Notes: generated by a model from the sequence alone, not told the origin. Shown: positions 10,545-18,654, numbered from the stretch's first letter. The stretch: DNA of 64,000 bases from an uncultured Lachnospiraceae bacterium (GCA_947626435.1 CANQSB010000007.1:14243-78242), one strand, 5' to 3'. Numbers and translations are program-made.

Positions 10545-11996
10545 TTAAACGCCTCCCTCAATATACTTAAATGCATTTTCTTCATACCATGAATCTTTGT
10601 ATGGCAGTTTCACATGCTTTGCTAATTTCACATTAAACCCCGGATTCTGCAGCTGATCTGCAATTTTATTTCCCAGATATAATAGTCCGTCATATCCCAT
10701 CGTGGGGCGTTTGCCCTCCAAAACGTGCGTAGTCGGAATCCCAAGCTTTGCCGCCCAATCCGGCACTCCGATAAACGCATCCGGTTTTAGTTTGTTTACA
10801 AGGTTTACCTGCTCAAACGGCTGCATATTTGCAATGTCCACCACATAATTTTTGTGGATTCCGTTGAGATATTCGATATCAACCTGTGCATCGTCATCAT
10901 AGGTAGGCGTTTCCAGTCCCACAAGCTCCATGCCAAAGTCATCAATCAAAGCAGCCGCCGCAAAAGAACGCCCTGTTCCCCCGCAGATAAACACCCGTTT
11001 TCCCTGAAGCCTGTTTCTTATCTCTGCCACCAGCGGTTCTATGCGTTTATGTTCCATGGCAATAATGTCTTCCACTTCCTTTTCCTTTCCCAATACTTTT
11101 GCAATGCCACGATACCATTTATCTGTGTTACGGATGCCGATTGGCATTACAGTATGGGAATATGGAATATCATAGTCCTCCCACAAGGTTTTCATAAACT
11201 CGTCGGCAAATACTTTACAGATAGATGTAGAAGCCTCTGCCGCAGGTATCTTCTTAATCTTTTCCAGAGAACTGTAAAATGGGATATAATTTACCCTAAC
11301 GCCAATTTGCGAGAGCATACGCTCCATTTCCTTCTGATCCGCATAGCTTACGGTCGTCGGCGCAAAAAGATTGACTAACCCTTTTTCCTTTGGAACTTTC
11401 TCCTTTTTCAATATGTACTTATTGATAGATAAAAAAGCGGCATCAAAACCAGATGCGCATATTTTTGATTTAAAGCCTTCACAATGTATTGGAACCATGA
11501 TCGTATCCGGATATTCCCGCTGCAGGTCAGAAGCAATGGCATCTATATCATCACCGATAATGCCGGATGCACATGATGCGTAAATAAATGCCAGCTTAGG
11601 ATGGTACTCTTCCACAGCTTTTTTCACAGAATCCCGCAGCTTCTGCTCTCCGCCGAACACAACGCTCTTTTGGTCGATATTCGTAACGATGATCCTTGGA
11701 TTTTTAATGTTTTTAATCCCTCTGTGCGCCTGCCCTACGCGATACATATCTACCGCCATGATTGAACAGCCTATGCACCCCTGCGGGGAATGGGAAATAA
11801 AAACAGAATCCTCCAAGGACATAAGCGCCGCCATACTGTTAATCTGCTGGCATTGCAATCCCTGTGCAAAGCTTCTGTCCGCTCTTTTTAAGCAGCCCTT
11901 TTTAAAATTCTCCTCAACTTCCCTTCCTGTTGTCCCCAAATCGTTGATTCTTCCTGGTTTGCTTTCACGCACACCGGAGTATTGTACTGTTTTCAT
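10545..11996 (-). CDS. Nitrogenase component-1-type oxidoreductase, NifD/NifE-like subunit
   Basis: 483 aa with motifs SHSPQGCIGC, VVFGGEQKL, ASCASGIIGDD and HCEGFKSK, which parallel the NifD cluster-ligand regions. RBS GGAAGGGG. Confidence 0.8.
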   Translation of the reverse strand: MKTVQYSGVRESKPGRINDLGTTGREVEENFKKGCLKRADRSFAQGLQCQQINSMAALMSLEDSVFISHSPQGCIGCSIMAVDMYRVGQAHRGIKNIKNPRIIVTNIDQKSVVFGGEQKLRDSVKKAVEEYHPKLAFIYASCASGIIGDDIDAIASDLQREYPDTIMVPIHCEGFKSKICASGFDAAFLSINKYILKKEKVPKEKGLVNLFAPTTVSYADQKEMERMLSQIGVRVNYIPFYSSLEKIKKIPAAEASTSICKVFADEFMKTLWEDYDIPYSHTVMPIGIRNTDKWYRGIAKVLGKEKEVEDIIAMEHKRIEPLVAEIRNRLQGKRVFICGGTGRSFAAAALIDDFGMELVGLETPTYDDDAQVDIEYLNGIHKNYVVDIANMQPFEQVNLVNKLKPDAFIGVPDWAAKLGIPTTHVLEGKRPTMGYDGLLYLGNKIADQLQNPGFNVKLAKHVKLPYKDSWYEENAFKYIEGGV

Positions 11997-12023
11997 TCTT
12001 AACCCCTTCCAGTTATTTATTGT

Positions 12024-12086
12024 ATAGATATTATACTATTTATATAGGATTAATCAAATTACTTATTTTCTATAACCTGTAATAGA
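12024..12086. promoter_or_regulatory. Two short dyads upstream of the nitrogenase-like operon (possible LTTR-type sites)
   Basis: ATAG-N8-CTAT (12024-12039) and TCTAT-N8-ATAGA (12069-12086). These are short AT-rich motifs, so the evidence is weak. Confidence 0.25.
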
Positions 12087-12218
12087 TTTTGCCTATTTCA
12101 CATATCTATCAGGGTTAAATATTGTACATTGGTTCCAGCGAAACAAAACGAGACAGGAACTTTTCATTCCATCTCCGGTTTTCGTCCGCCTTTCTTATAA
12201 ATAGCAAAATCTCCAATA

Positions 12219-12533
12219 TTAAATATGTAATAACAGCATATAGCTTACTGTTCCCAACAAAATACTAAGTAATGTGCTATGTTTCCATTTGTAACTTACC
12301 ACTACAATTAAGACAGCTGTCAAGCTCCATATTCCATCTGCCATAAAGTTATTTCCTATGTCTTTTAAACAATAGACAATCAATATTGCCATGATAGCCG
12401 ACGGCAATATCTCTCCTAACCGTTTTATCCTATTCGGTAGGTCAGTGCCATTTCTAAATATCAGAAAAGGAAGCAGCCTAAGCCCAAAAGTTATCATAGC
12501 AGAGATCAATATCACAAATAAAACTTCTCCCAT
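12219..12533 (-). CDS. azlD: AzlD-family branched-chain amino acid transport protein
   Basis: About 104 aa hydrophobic protein. I chose the ATG at 12533, 2 nt after the azlC stop; the longer track ORF overlaps azlC. Confidence 0.8.
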   Translation of the reverse strand: MGEVLFVILISAMITFGLRLLPFLIFRNGTDLPNRIKRLGEILPSAIMAILIVYCLKDIGNNFMADGIWSLTAVLIVVVSYKWKHSTLLSILLGTVSYMLLLHI

Positions 12534-12535
12534 AT

Positions 12536-13243
12536 TCACCCACTGCCTTCTTTCTGCTTTTTTCCACTCCAAAACATTAAAATTCCAGACACAAAGATCA
12601 ACGCCGGCAGCATAAACGCCGTCTGTCCAAAAATAAGAAGACATATGATTGCTATGATAAGTCCGATCACTGCCGGAAAATGGTTTTTGTTTTTCTCCCA
12701 TTGATCCATAAAAATAATAACAAAAAGTGCAGTCATACAAAAATCAATCCCTTCTAAATCAAAAGGAAGCAGCTGCCCGATCACACCGCCTAATACAGCG
12801 CCAATCATCCAGTAGCATCTGCTGAAAAGAGCCACAAAAAACATAATGTCCTTCTTATTTTCTGTATTATCATCTATGGAACAATTTACCGCATAGGTTT
12901 CATCTGTCATGGTGTGGATCATATACAGCTTTCTTTTTCCCATATCCCGAAAAACGTCCAAAAAGGAGAGGCTGTAAAATGCCTGCCTGCTGTTCATTAA
13001 AAACGCTGTAAGCATAATTGTTATAATGGATGCCCCGCTGCTCAAAAAAGTTATCAGCACGAATTGAAACGCACCTGTATAAATAGTCATACTTGCCAGA
13101 AGTGAATAATACCAATGATATCCGGCATTTTCCATCATCATTCCATATGCCATGCTTACAAACAGATAACTGCACATAATGGGAATGGATTTTAGGAAGG
13201 CAGCTTTCATCACTTGCATATTATTTCTTTTCCCATCGCTCAT
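12536..13243 (-). CDS. azlC: AzlC-family branched-chain amino acid transporter subunit
   Basis: 235 aa multi-pass membrane protein in the canonical azlC-azlD pairing. Confidence 0.85.
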   Translation of the reverse strand: MSDGKRNNMQVMKAAFLKSIPIMCSYLFVSMAYGMMMENAGYHWYYSLLASMTIYTGAFQFVLITFLSSGASIITIMLTAFLMNSRQAFYSLSFLDVFRDMGKRKLYMIHTMTDETYAVNCSIDDNTENKKDIMFFVALFSRCYWMIGAVLGGVIGQLLPFDLEGIDFCMTALFVIIFMDQWEKNKNHFPAVIGLIIAIICLLIFGQTAFMLPALIFVSGILMFWSGKKQKEGSG

Positions 13244-14022
13244 TCCTTGTCATATCCTTCCGAAAAATCTACCCTGCACAGGTCTTTTACTACTTCACCC
13301 GCAAGAATCAATCCTGCCACAGATGGCACAAATGCCACACTGCCTGGAATATCTCTTCTTTCTGTACATTTATGTTTTGCTCCGGGCGGACAGATACAGT
13401 TTGTCCTGCAGCTGATAGCCATATCCTCCAATGGTCTTGTAGGTTTTTCTTCCGAATACACAACCTTTAATTTCTCTATACCGCGTTTTTTCAGTTCCCT
13501 CCGCATGACTTTCGCCAAAGGACATACTTTTGTCTCATAAATGTCAGCGACCTTAAACTGGCTGCCGTCTAACTTGTTCCCAGCTCCCATACTGCTGATA
13601 ATCGGTATATTTTTTTCCTGCGCCTTCATGACAAGTTCAATTTTAGCAGTAACCGTATCTACGGCATCCACAATATAATCATATTCTTCAAAGGGAAATT
13701 CGTCTGCATTTTCAGGCAGGAAAAAACTCTTATGTATGATTACATCTGCATCCGGATTGATTTCAAGCATCCTCTCTTTCATCACTTCCGCCTTATATTT
13801 TCCTACTGTTTTTCGAGTAGCTATGATCTGCCGATTCAGATTCGTCAGGCAGACCTTATCATCATCAATCAAATCAAATGCCCCGACTCCGCTTCGTACA
13901 AGAGCTTCACAGGCATATCCTCCTACACCGCCAATACCAAAAATTGCAACTTTTGAACCGGATAATTTATTCATCGCCTCTTTTCCAAGCAATAATTCTG
14001 TTCTTGAAAACTGTGTGAGCAT
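13240..14022 (-). CDS. tcdA: tRNA threonylcarbamoyladenosine dehydratase (ThiF/TcdA family)
   Basis: Rossmann motif FGIGGVGG plus LIDDDKVCLTNLNRQ; 260 aa. Confidence 0.85.
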   Translation of the reverse strand: MLTQFSRTELLLGKEAMNKLSGSKVAIFGIGGVGGYACEALVRSGVGAFDLIDDDKVCLTNLNRQIIATRKTVGKYKAEVMKERMLEINPDADVIIHKSFFLPENADEFPFEEYDYIVDAVDTVTAKIELVMKAQEKNIPIISSMGAGNKLDGSQFKVADIYETKVCPLAKVMRRELKKRGIEKLKVVYSEEKPTRPLEDMAISCRTNCICPPGAKHKCTERRDIPGSVAFVPSVAGLILAGEVVKDLCRVDFSEGYDKE

Positions 14023-14082
14023 TTATGTGTCTCCTTATTAAAAATTAACCTTATTATTACACCATAGAAAACAGCGGATGAT

Positions 14083-14160
14083 ATGCACCCGCAAATCATC
14101 CGTTTTCCTAGTTTACCTATAGGTTTTATTATAAATATGGAATAGATTCTTGTCAATTAG
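14083..14160. repeat. Copy A of a ~78-bp duplicated promoter/leader segment
   Basis: Aligns with 14489-14565 (atgcaccc...cctataggttttattataa...ttgtcaattag). Confidence 0.8.
14128..14156 (-). promoter_or_regulatory. Consensus sigma-A-type promoter of tcdA
   Basis: Minus strand reads TTGACA, 17 nt, TATAAT. The 5' UTR contains an 8-bp hairpin (cggatgat/atcatccg, 14075-14102) followed by CUGUUUUCU. Confidence 0.6.
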
Positions 14161-14201
14161 TTTTTTCTTGAGTTTCGTGAAAAAGAATATGAATTGAACG
14201 G

Positions 14202-14408
14202 CTAACCACGCTGATACCGCGCATGATACTCTGCATTAATCTGTTCGATTTCTTTTTTCCCATCTATATAATCCTGATACATGTCAAAAGGATTCCCTCC
14301 ACCAAGCCAGCAGGAAGAACAGTTTTCACATCCCCCTCCGCAATCAAGTGACTGTCTGATAATCTGCTCCCGCTCTTCTCTTGTTGTATCCTTAATCAGT
14401 AAACTCAT
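14202..14408 (-). CDS. Small Cys-rich hypothetical protein (68 aa)
   Basis: The ATG at 14408 follows GGAGGAGGG. It contains the motif DCGGGCENCSSCWLGGG. I recognise no family. Confidence 0.5.
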   Translation of the reverse strand: MSLLIKDTTREEREQIIRQSLDCGGGCENCSSCWLGGGNPFDMYQDYIDGKKEIEQINAEYHARYQRG

Positions 14409-14488
14409 AAATACCCTCCTCCAAAATACCACTCACTCATATAACACTAAATGCCCATATCAATCCTGCCACAGACGGCACAAATGCT

Positions 14489-14565
14489 ATGCACCCACAA
14501 ACCGTCCTTTCCCCTAGTGAACCTATAGGTTTTATTATAATACAGAATAAATTTTTGTCAATTAG
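14489..14565. repeat. Copy B of the duplicated promoter/leader segment
   Basis: See copy A. It is immediately preceded (14458-14487) by a 30-bp match (2 mismatches) to the 3' part of tcdA (13307-13336). Confidence 0.8.
14534..14561 (-). promoter_or_regulatory. Duplicated near-consensus promoter upstream of the Cys-rich ORF
   Basis: Minus strand reads TTGACA, 16 nt, TATAAT. The IS insertion site abuts the -35 element. Confidence 0.5.
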
Positions 14566-14610
14566 CCTTAACTTCCTGAGTTTTTTAACCCTCAATGCCA
14601 TTTGCGGTCA

Positions 14611-15153
14611 TCACTTGTCCTCATTTGTGCCCTCACAATACCCGAGTTCTACGCGAACATTCTCCATCATATATCCCAGATCATCTGATATACCATAGCC
14701 CAATGGTTCGGTAATAGATATGATACTTTCGAACTCTGCTTCGTGGAGCTTAAAGAAATCAGGATGCAGTTTTGCATAATTCAGATACTTTTCAGCTGAG
14801 GATTTAAGGCTGTTGTAAAATCTTTTTCCAAAGTCACCGTAAGCTGCACTAAATTCTGCGGCTTCAATAGCGAATACAAGATGCATCCGGGCTTTCGTTC
14901 CTTCGTCTACAGTTCTGTTCAGGTAATCATTCAGCACACCTTTGCATTCCCCTAAGGAAAACGATTCCTTCCAAAATACCTTTTCCAAACGTTTCTTCAG
15001 ACTGGCTATCCGTTCATCATTGGATTCTTCACTCCAGCAGCTGCTTTCTATATCTTTGAAACCTTTAGAAGATTTAAACATCTCAAATAAATGAGCCTCT
15101 AATTCATCTCTGGTTAAAGATTGAATTACTTTTTTATACTGCGTTAATGTCAT
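14611..15153 (-). CDS. Hypothetical protein (180 aa), passenger ORF inside the IS
   Basis: Long ORF that ends 7 nt inside the left IR. Helical, with no recognisable catalytic motif. Confidence 0.6.
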   Translation of the reverse strand: MTLTQYKKVIQSLTRDELEAHLFEMFKSSKGFKDIESSCWSEESNDERIASLKKRLEKVFWKESFSLGECKGVLNDYLNRTVDEGTKARMHLVFAIEAAEFSAAYGDFGKRFYNSLKSSAEKYLNYAKLHPDFFKLHEAEFESIISITEPLGYGISDDLGYMMENVRVELGYCEGTNEDK

Positions 15154-15210
15154 GCTCCTTACTCCTTGTCTAATTGCGTATCCTAACGAAAAAAGTATCC
15201 TGTATCACTT

Positions 15211-15447
15211 TTATTCGTCTGCTCTTGGGGCACCTGACTGTATAAATCCTATAATCTCATCCGTTGCCTTGTCACCGGCATGACAGGCATTCAGTACCTT
15301 CTTGTCATCCAGACGCTTCCGCTTCGCAACAAACTTCTCCAGTTCATTCAGTGCGGCAGCATACTTTGCCTTCGCTTCTGTCACGGAAACTTCCGCTTTC
15401 CTGATCTTCTCGTCTAATGTGATCATTCTTCCTGCCATTCCTGTCAT
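15211..15447 (-). CDS. Small coiled-coil hypothetical protein (78 aa) coupled to the transposase
   Basis: ATGA start/stop overlap with the transposase stop (15444-15447); heptad-like KAEVSVTEAKAKYAAALNELEKF. Confidence 0.5.
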   Translation of the reverse strand: MTGMAGRMITLDEKIRKAEVSVTEAKAKYAAALNELEKFVAKRKRLDDKKVLNACHAGDKATDEIIGFIQSGAPRADE

Positions 15448-17192
15448 CTGCTCCTTTCTTCCTGGGCCGCTGCCTGTTTCTCAAATGCTTCCGTTTCTAT
15501 CCGCATCAGATCGGAACTGAGTGTCCTTGCCTGACGACGTATACTGTCAGCAGTCATGCCAAATGCTTTTAGAATCGTCTTTTGCGTTGCTGTTACGGCA
15601 TAATCCAGGTTGTATTCGTTATCGGCTCCTTTCAGCATCTCTATTTTTTCCAGCTCCTTTAATGCCATCGGCACGGTCATGAAATTCGGCTTCTTATCTA
15701 ACCGGGCAGCTTCGTCCTTGAGGAGCGTGTAGATCCTGCTCCTGATGATCGTGGCTACAAAACCAATGAATATCTTTGTGTCAACGGCTTCGTTTGAATA
15801 TACCCTTTCACAGTTGGCACCGAGATAGGATTTATCCGCGCGGAATGTCTTTTCGGAGTCATCCCGGCTCTTGTATAGCACGAGTGCTTCTTCCGCAGTC
15901 ATTTTTGCGGAAGTGACAATCACAAAATATCCGCACAACCGGATCTCACGGTTGATCACATCAGCCCGTTCTATCCCCGACATAAACTTTTCATCTTCAT
16001 GCCCTTCATGCCAGAATACAAGATCAAAGTATTTTTTATAATCCCCACTGGGACGGATAGGCTCCCCCATAAGATCCCGGAGCTTCCGGCCCATCCTGTC
16101 AATCCTGTCTTCCAGCTTCTCCCGTTCCGAGGCTTTCCTTCCGTCATCATAATAAATGTGAAAGTAACGTTCTTTTTTATCGGATGCATATAGCTTTCTC
16201 CTGATTGTGATTCCGCTGACTTTAAAAGCCCGGATACTGTTCCTCCGGTCATTTTCGAAAGAACCCTGTGCTTCCAGAACCAGTTCGCTCACCAGACTCT
16301 TCATTCCTTTTATCATGATCACAAAATCATACCCGTTATCATCCATGAAGCAGATGTTTTCCTTACAGAAATATCCCCGATCCAGAATAAATCCGATATG
16401 CTCATATCCATAACTTTTCGCCTTTTTCAATGTGTGTTGCAGCTGGGAAACATCGACGATGCTGCCTGGATAGGATTCATAAAACAGCGGTTCCCGGTTG
16501 CTCCGGTCATAGGCGATTGCATAGTTGAAGATCTCATCTTCCATACCTTCTTTCGCATGACCAAGCTCAACCATCTCAATATTGCCTGCCTGGCTTTTCT
16601 TATTTGTAGAATCGTAGGAAATGTAGATCCTCTCGCGGTGATCCTTCTTCGCGTTCCATTCATTCAGGAACTGGATCCGCTGGTCAACCGTGACATCCCT
16701 GAGAAAGCCGGACACCTTCGAGTCGCTGTAGGCTTTCATGTCATCGGTAAACAAGGCGTGATTGTAGGCATAATCCGGATAATACTGCCCGGCGTTTTCC
16801 TCCGTGATAATGGAATAGGCAGCCAGATCCAGGAACAGTCCTGCATCCTGCCCGATAATCCTTGCAATCATCTCATCCAGCTTATAATCGGATATGATCT
16901 TTCGGATTACCAGGAATGCGCCGACATGAAGGCACCCGCTCCTGATCCTCCCATCCTTTTCCGAAGGAAGCAGCTCTCTCGGAAAAAATCTCAGAAACTT
17001 CTCATTCGGAAACATAAAATCCGGCTGTTCGGAATCGCGTTTTCCTATACATGTCCGTTTTGGTATACTATACTTTTTCTCCTTGGAGTATGTGCGTCCA
17101 CGCTCAATGTAAACGTATGGCGTCCCGTTAATTGTTTTGATCGTGATGTTTCCACCATCTTTCGGAATTTTTACCCTACATCCCAGATACAT
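15444..17192 (-). CDS. DDE transposase, IS1634/IS4-like
   Basis: 582 aa. The N-terminus (ITIKTINGTPYVYIERGRTYSKEKKY) is typical of IS1634-family transposases, and the ORF lies inside IR-bounded, TSD-flanked DNA. Confidence 0.8.
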   Translation of the reverse strand: MYLGCRVKIPKDGGNITIKTINGTPYVYIERGRTYSKEKKYSIPKRTCIGKRDSEQPDFMFPNEKFLRFFPRELLPSEKDGRIRSGCLHVGAFLVIRKIISDYKLDEMIARIIGQDAGLFLDLAAYSIITEENAGQYYPDYAYNHALFTDDMKAYSDSKVSGFLRDVTVDQRIQFLNEWNAKKDHRERIYISYDSTNKKSQAGNIEMVELGHAKEGMEDEIFNYAIAYDRSNREPLFYESYPGSIVDVSQLQHTLKKAKSYGYEHIGFILDRGYFCKENICFMDDNGYDFVIMIKGMKSLVSELVLEAQGSFENDRRNSIRAFKVSGITIRRKLYASDKKERYFHIYYDDGRKASEREKLEDRIDRMGRKLRDLMGEPIRPSGDYKKYFDLVFWHEGHEDEKFMSGIERADVINREIRLCGYFVIVTSAKMTAEEALVLYKSRDDSEKTFRADKSYLGANCERVYSNEAVDTKIFIGFVATIIRSRIYTLLKDEAARLDKKPNFMTVPMALKELEKIEMLKGADNEYNLDYAVTATQKTILKAFGMTADSIRRQARTLSSDLMRIETEAFEKQAAAQEERSR

Positions 17193-17266
17193 ATGCGGCC
17201 TCCTTTAGAGGGTTATATAACCCTCTACTATCATACCACATATGACGCAAAAATACAATAGAAAAC

Positions 17267-17310
17267 CAGCCGAAAAGCCCACATTTACGAGATTTTTCGG
17301 CTGTTTTTTA
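17267..17310. terminator. Hairpin/terminator between the transposase start and the right IR
   Basis: Perfect 10-bp stem cagccgaaaa / ttttcggctg followed by TTTTTT on the plus strand. Confidence 0.45.
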
Positions 17311-17507
17311 TTGTAACTTGTGAGTCCCAAATGCTAGAGGGTTAAAAATATGGGAAGTTAAGGATTAGTTTTCACTTCTACTAGGTTTTTCCACTAAAAT
17401 CTGTTAATGAAAAAAGATTAAGGAAAATTTATTGGAATTATATGTGTATTTGTGGTAAAATATCAGAGTTGAACAATTCAATAAACTGATTTGTGGAGGT
17501 ATCCAGT

Positions 17508-18065
17508 ATGAAAAAGAAAATTTTAATTCCGGTAGTATTGCACATGTGTGTATTATTGCTTTCTTCGTGCGGACAGGGGCAGAATCTGCAGGAGAGAACA
17601 TCTCCGGACGCACAGAGTGGCAGCCTGCAAACTTCAGAACAGACAAGTTTTTCTTTTGAAGGAACTGTATTCCATTATGGAACTCATGACTACGATGTTT
17701 CCTCTCGGAATCAATTAATAAACAGCATTTTATCTGCAATTCCTGTAGGACAAAAAATCGTTATTGAGTGCCATGTCGGGCCGAATAATAGCGTTTATTG
17801 TATTTTTGATACGGAAAGCGAGTCCTTTGATGAGGATATCATAGGAAACAATCTGATATGGCACAGCGATGATATAACTACCGCAGTGTATTCATTCTGG
17901 TCGGAAATCCATACATATGACGGGAACGTCATAAAAACATATAACCTTGCGGAAGATTCGGTCATTTATGATTTGGCGTTTTGTGACAATTACGCAAAGT
18001 TGGATGTAACCATCGCGCATGATGACGGTACGGAAACAGATACTATCGCCTTGCCGAGCAAATAA
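17508..18065 (+). CDS. Putative lipoprotein, function unknown
   Basis: MKKKILIPVVLHMCVLLLSSCGQ has a signal peptide and lipobox (LSSC). RBS GGAGG 8 nt upstream of the ATG at 17508. Confidence 0.7.
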   Translation: MKKKILIPVVLHMCVLLLSSCGQGQNLQERTSPDAQSGSLQTSEQTSFSFEGTVFHYGTHDYDVSSRNQLINSILSAIPVGQKIVIECHVGPNNSVYCIFDTESESFDEDIIGNNLIWHSDDITTAVYSFWSEIHTYDGNVIKTYNLAEDSVIYDLAFCDNYAKLDVTIAHDDGTETDTIALPSK

Positions 18066-18078
18066 AGCTGCGCCATTT

Positions 18079-18654
18079 TTATTTCACTCCATCTTTTATA
18101 ACATCCTTATTCTTCGCAATATAATCAACAAGCGACACCACCGTAAGCACAACGGCAGCCCACATCACTATCTGCGTAAGAACACTGAGCGCCTCAATAT
18201 CAGCTATCATAAGGCACACCATAACCATCTGGAAAACAGTCTTGAATTTGCCCCAGTAGCTTGCGGCTATCACGATGTCATTGTCCGCCGCTATCAGCCT
18301 GAAACCGCTGATAATAAACTCGCGGCTTATGATTATAATTACAATCCACGCGGGTATTCTGTCCATCTCTATAAGGCAAATAAGCGCCGAGCACACAAGG
18401 AGCTTATCCGCAAGCGGGTCCATAAACTTGCCGAAGTTAGTTACCAGATTGTACTTTCTGGCAATCTTTCCGTCAAGCATGTCCGTAAGGCTCGCAATGA
18501 TGAAAATGGCAAGCGCGATATAATCGACATATTCCATAATGCCGCCAAAAATCGCCTCAAACCATTGCCACTCATTGCAGCCGCCCAGCATAAGCAGCAC
18601 AAACGGCACTATCAATATCACCCTGAAAACAGTAAGCTTATTCGGTAAATTCAT
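18079..18654 (-). CDS. pgsA: CDP-diacylglycerol--glycerol-3-phosphate 3-phosphatidyltransferase
   Basis: CDP-alcohol phosphatidyltransferase motif DMLDGKIARK...DPLADK. Confidence 0.95.
   Translation of the reverse strand: MNLPNKLTVFRVILIVPFVLLMLGGCNEWQWFEAIFGGIMEYVDYIALAIFIIASLTDMLDGKIARKYNLVTNFGKFMDPLADKLLVCSALICLIEMDRIPAWIVIIIISREFIISGFRLIAADNDIVIAASYWGKFKTVFQMVMVCLMIADIEALSVLTQIVMWAAVVLTVVSLVDYIAKNKDVIKDGVK

Larger units (their letters stand above)
14566..17363 (-). mobile_element. IS1634/IS4-like insertion sequence (2.8 kb) with two passenger ORFs
   Basis: Imperfect terminal inverted repeats: 14566-14604 versus 17328-17363, with shared blocks CCTTAACTTCC, TTTTAACCCTC and ATTTG. A 5-bp direct repeat ATTAG flanks it at 14561-14565 and 17364-17368. 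Confidence 0.8.

Noticed and set aside
9255-11996. Genuine nitrogen-fixation (nif) genes
   Set aside because: Only a D/K-like pair is present. There is no nifH, nifB, nifEN or nifV anywhere in the window, and the subunits are shorter than NifDK. I therefore treat them as a nitrogenase-like oxidoreductase of unknown substrate.
9126-12086. Shared 8-mer GGTTATAG/CTATAACC upstream of both the LysR gene and the nitrogenase-like operon as a LysR operator
   Set aside because: An 8-mer is expected by chance about twice in a window of this size on two strands, so it is not significant without comparative data.
12219-12740. 173-aa version of the azlD ORF
   Set aside because: Its N-terminal 69 codons overlap azlC in another frame. 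The internal ATG at 12533, right after the azlC stop, gives a typical AzlD length.
16398-17261. Long plus-strand ORFs such as 16398-17261, 21671-22537, 22977-24465 (several), 46397-47359, 47706-48503 and 53167-53715
   Set aside because: They lie antisense to well-supported genes (transposase, sortase, LRR protein, spoIVA, GH43, plsY). They have low-complexity or Arg/Leu/Ser-rich translations and no RBS context, so they are shadow ORFs.
17404-17739. 111-aa minus-strand ORF overlapping the lipoprotein gene start
   Set aside because: It lies antisense to a gene with a clear RBS, signal peptide and lipobox, and its translation looks non-protein-like.
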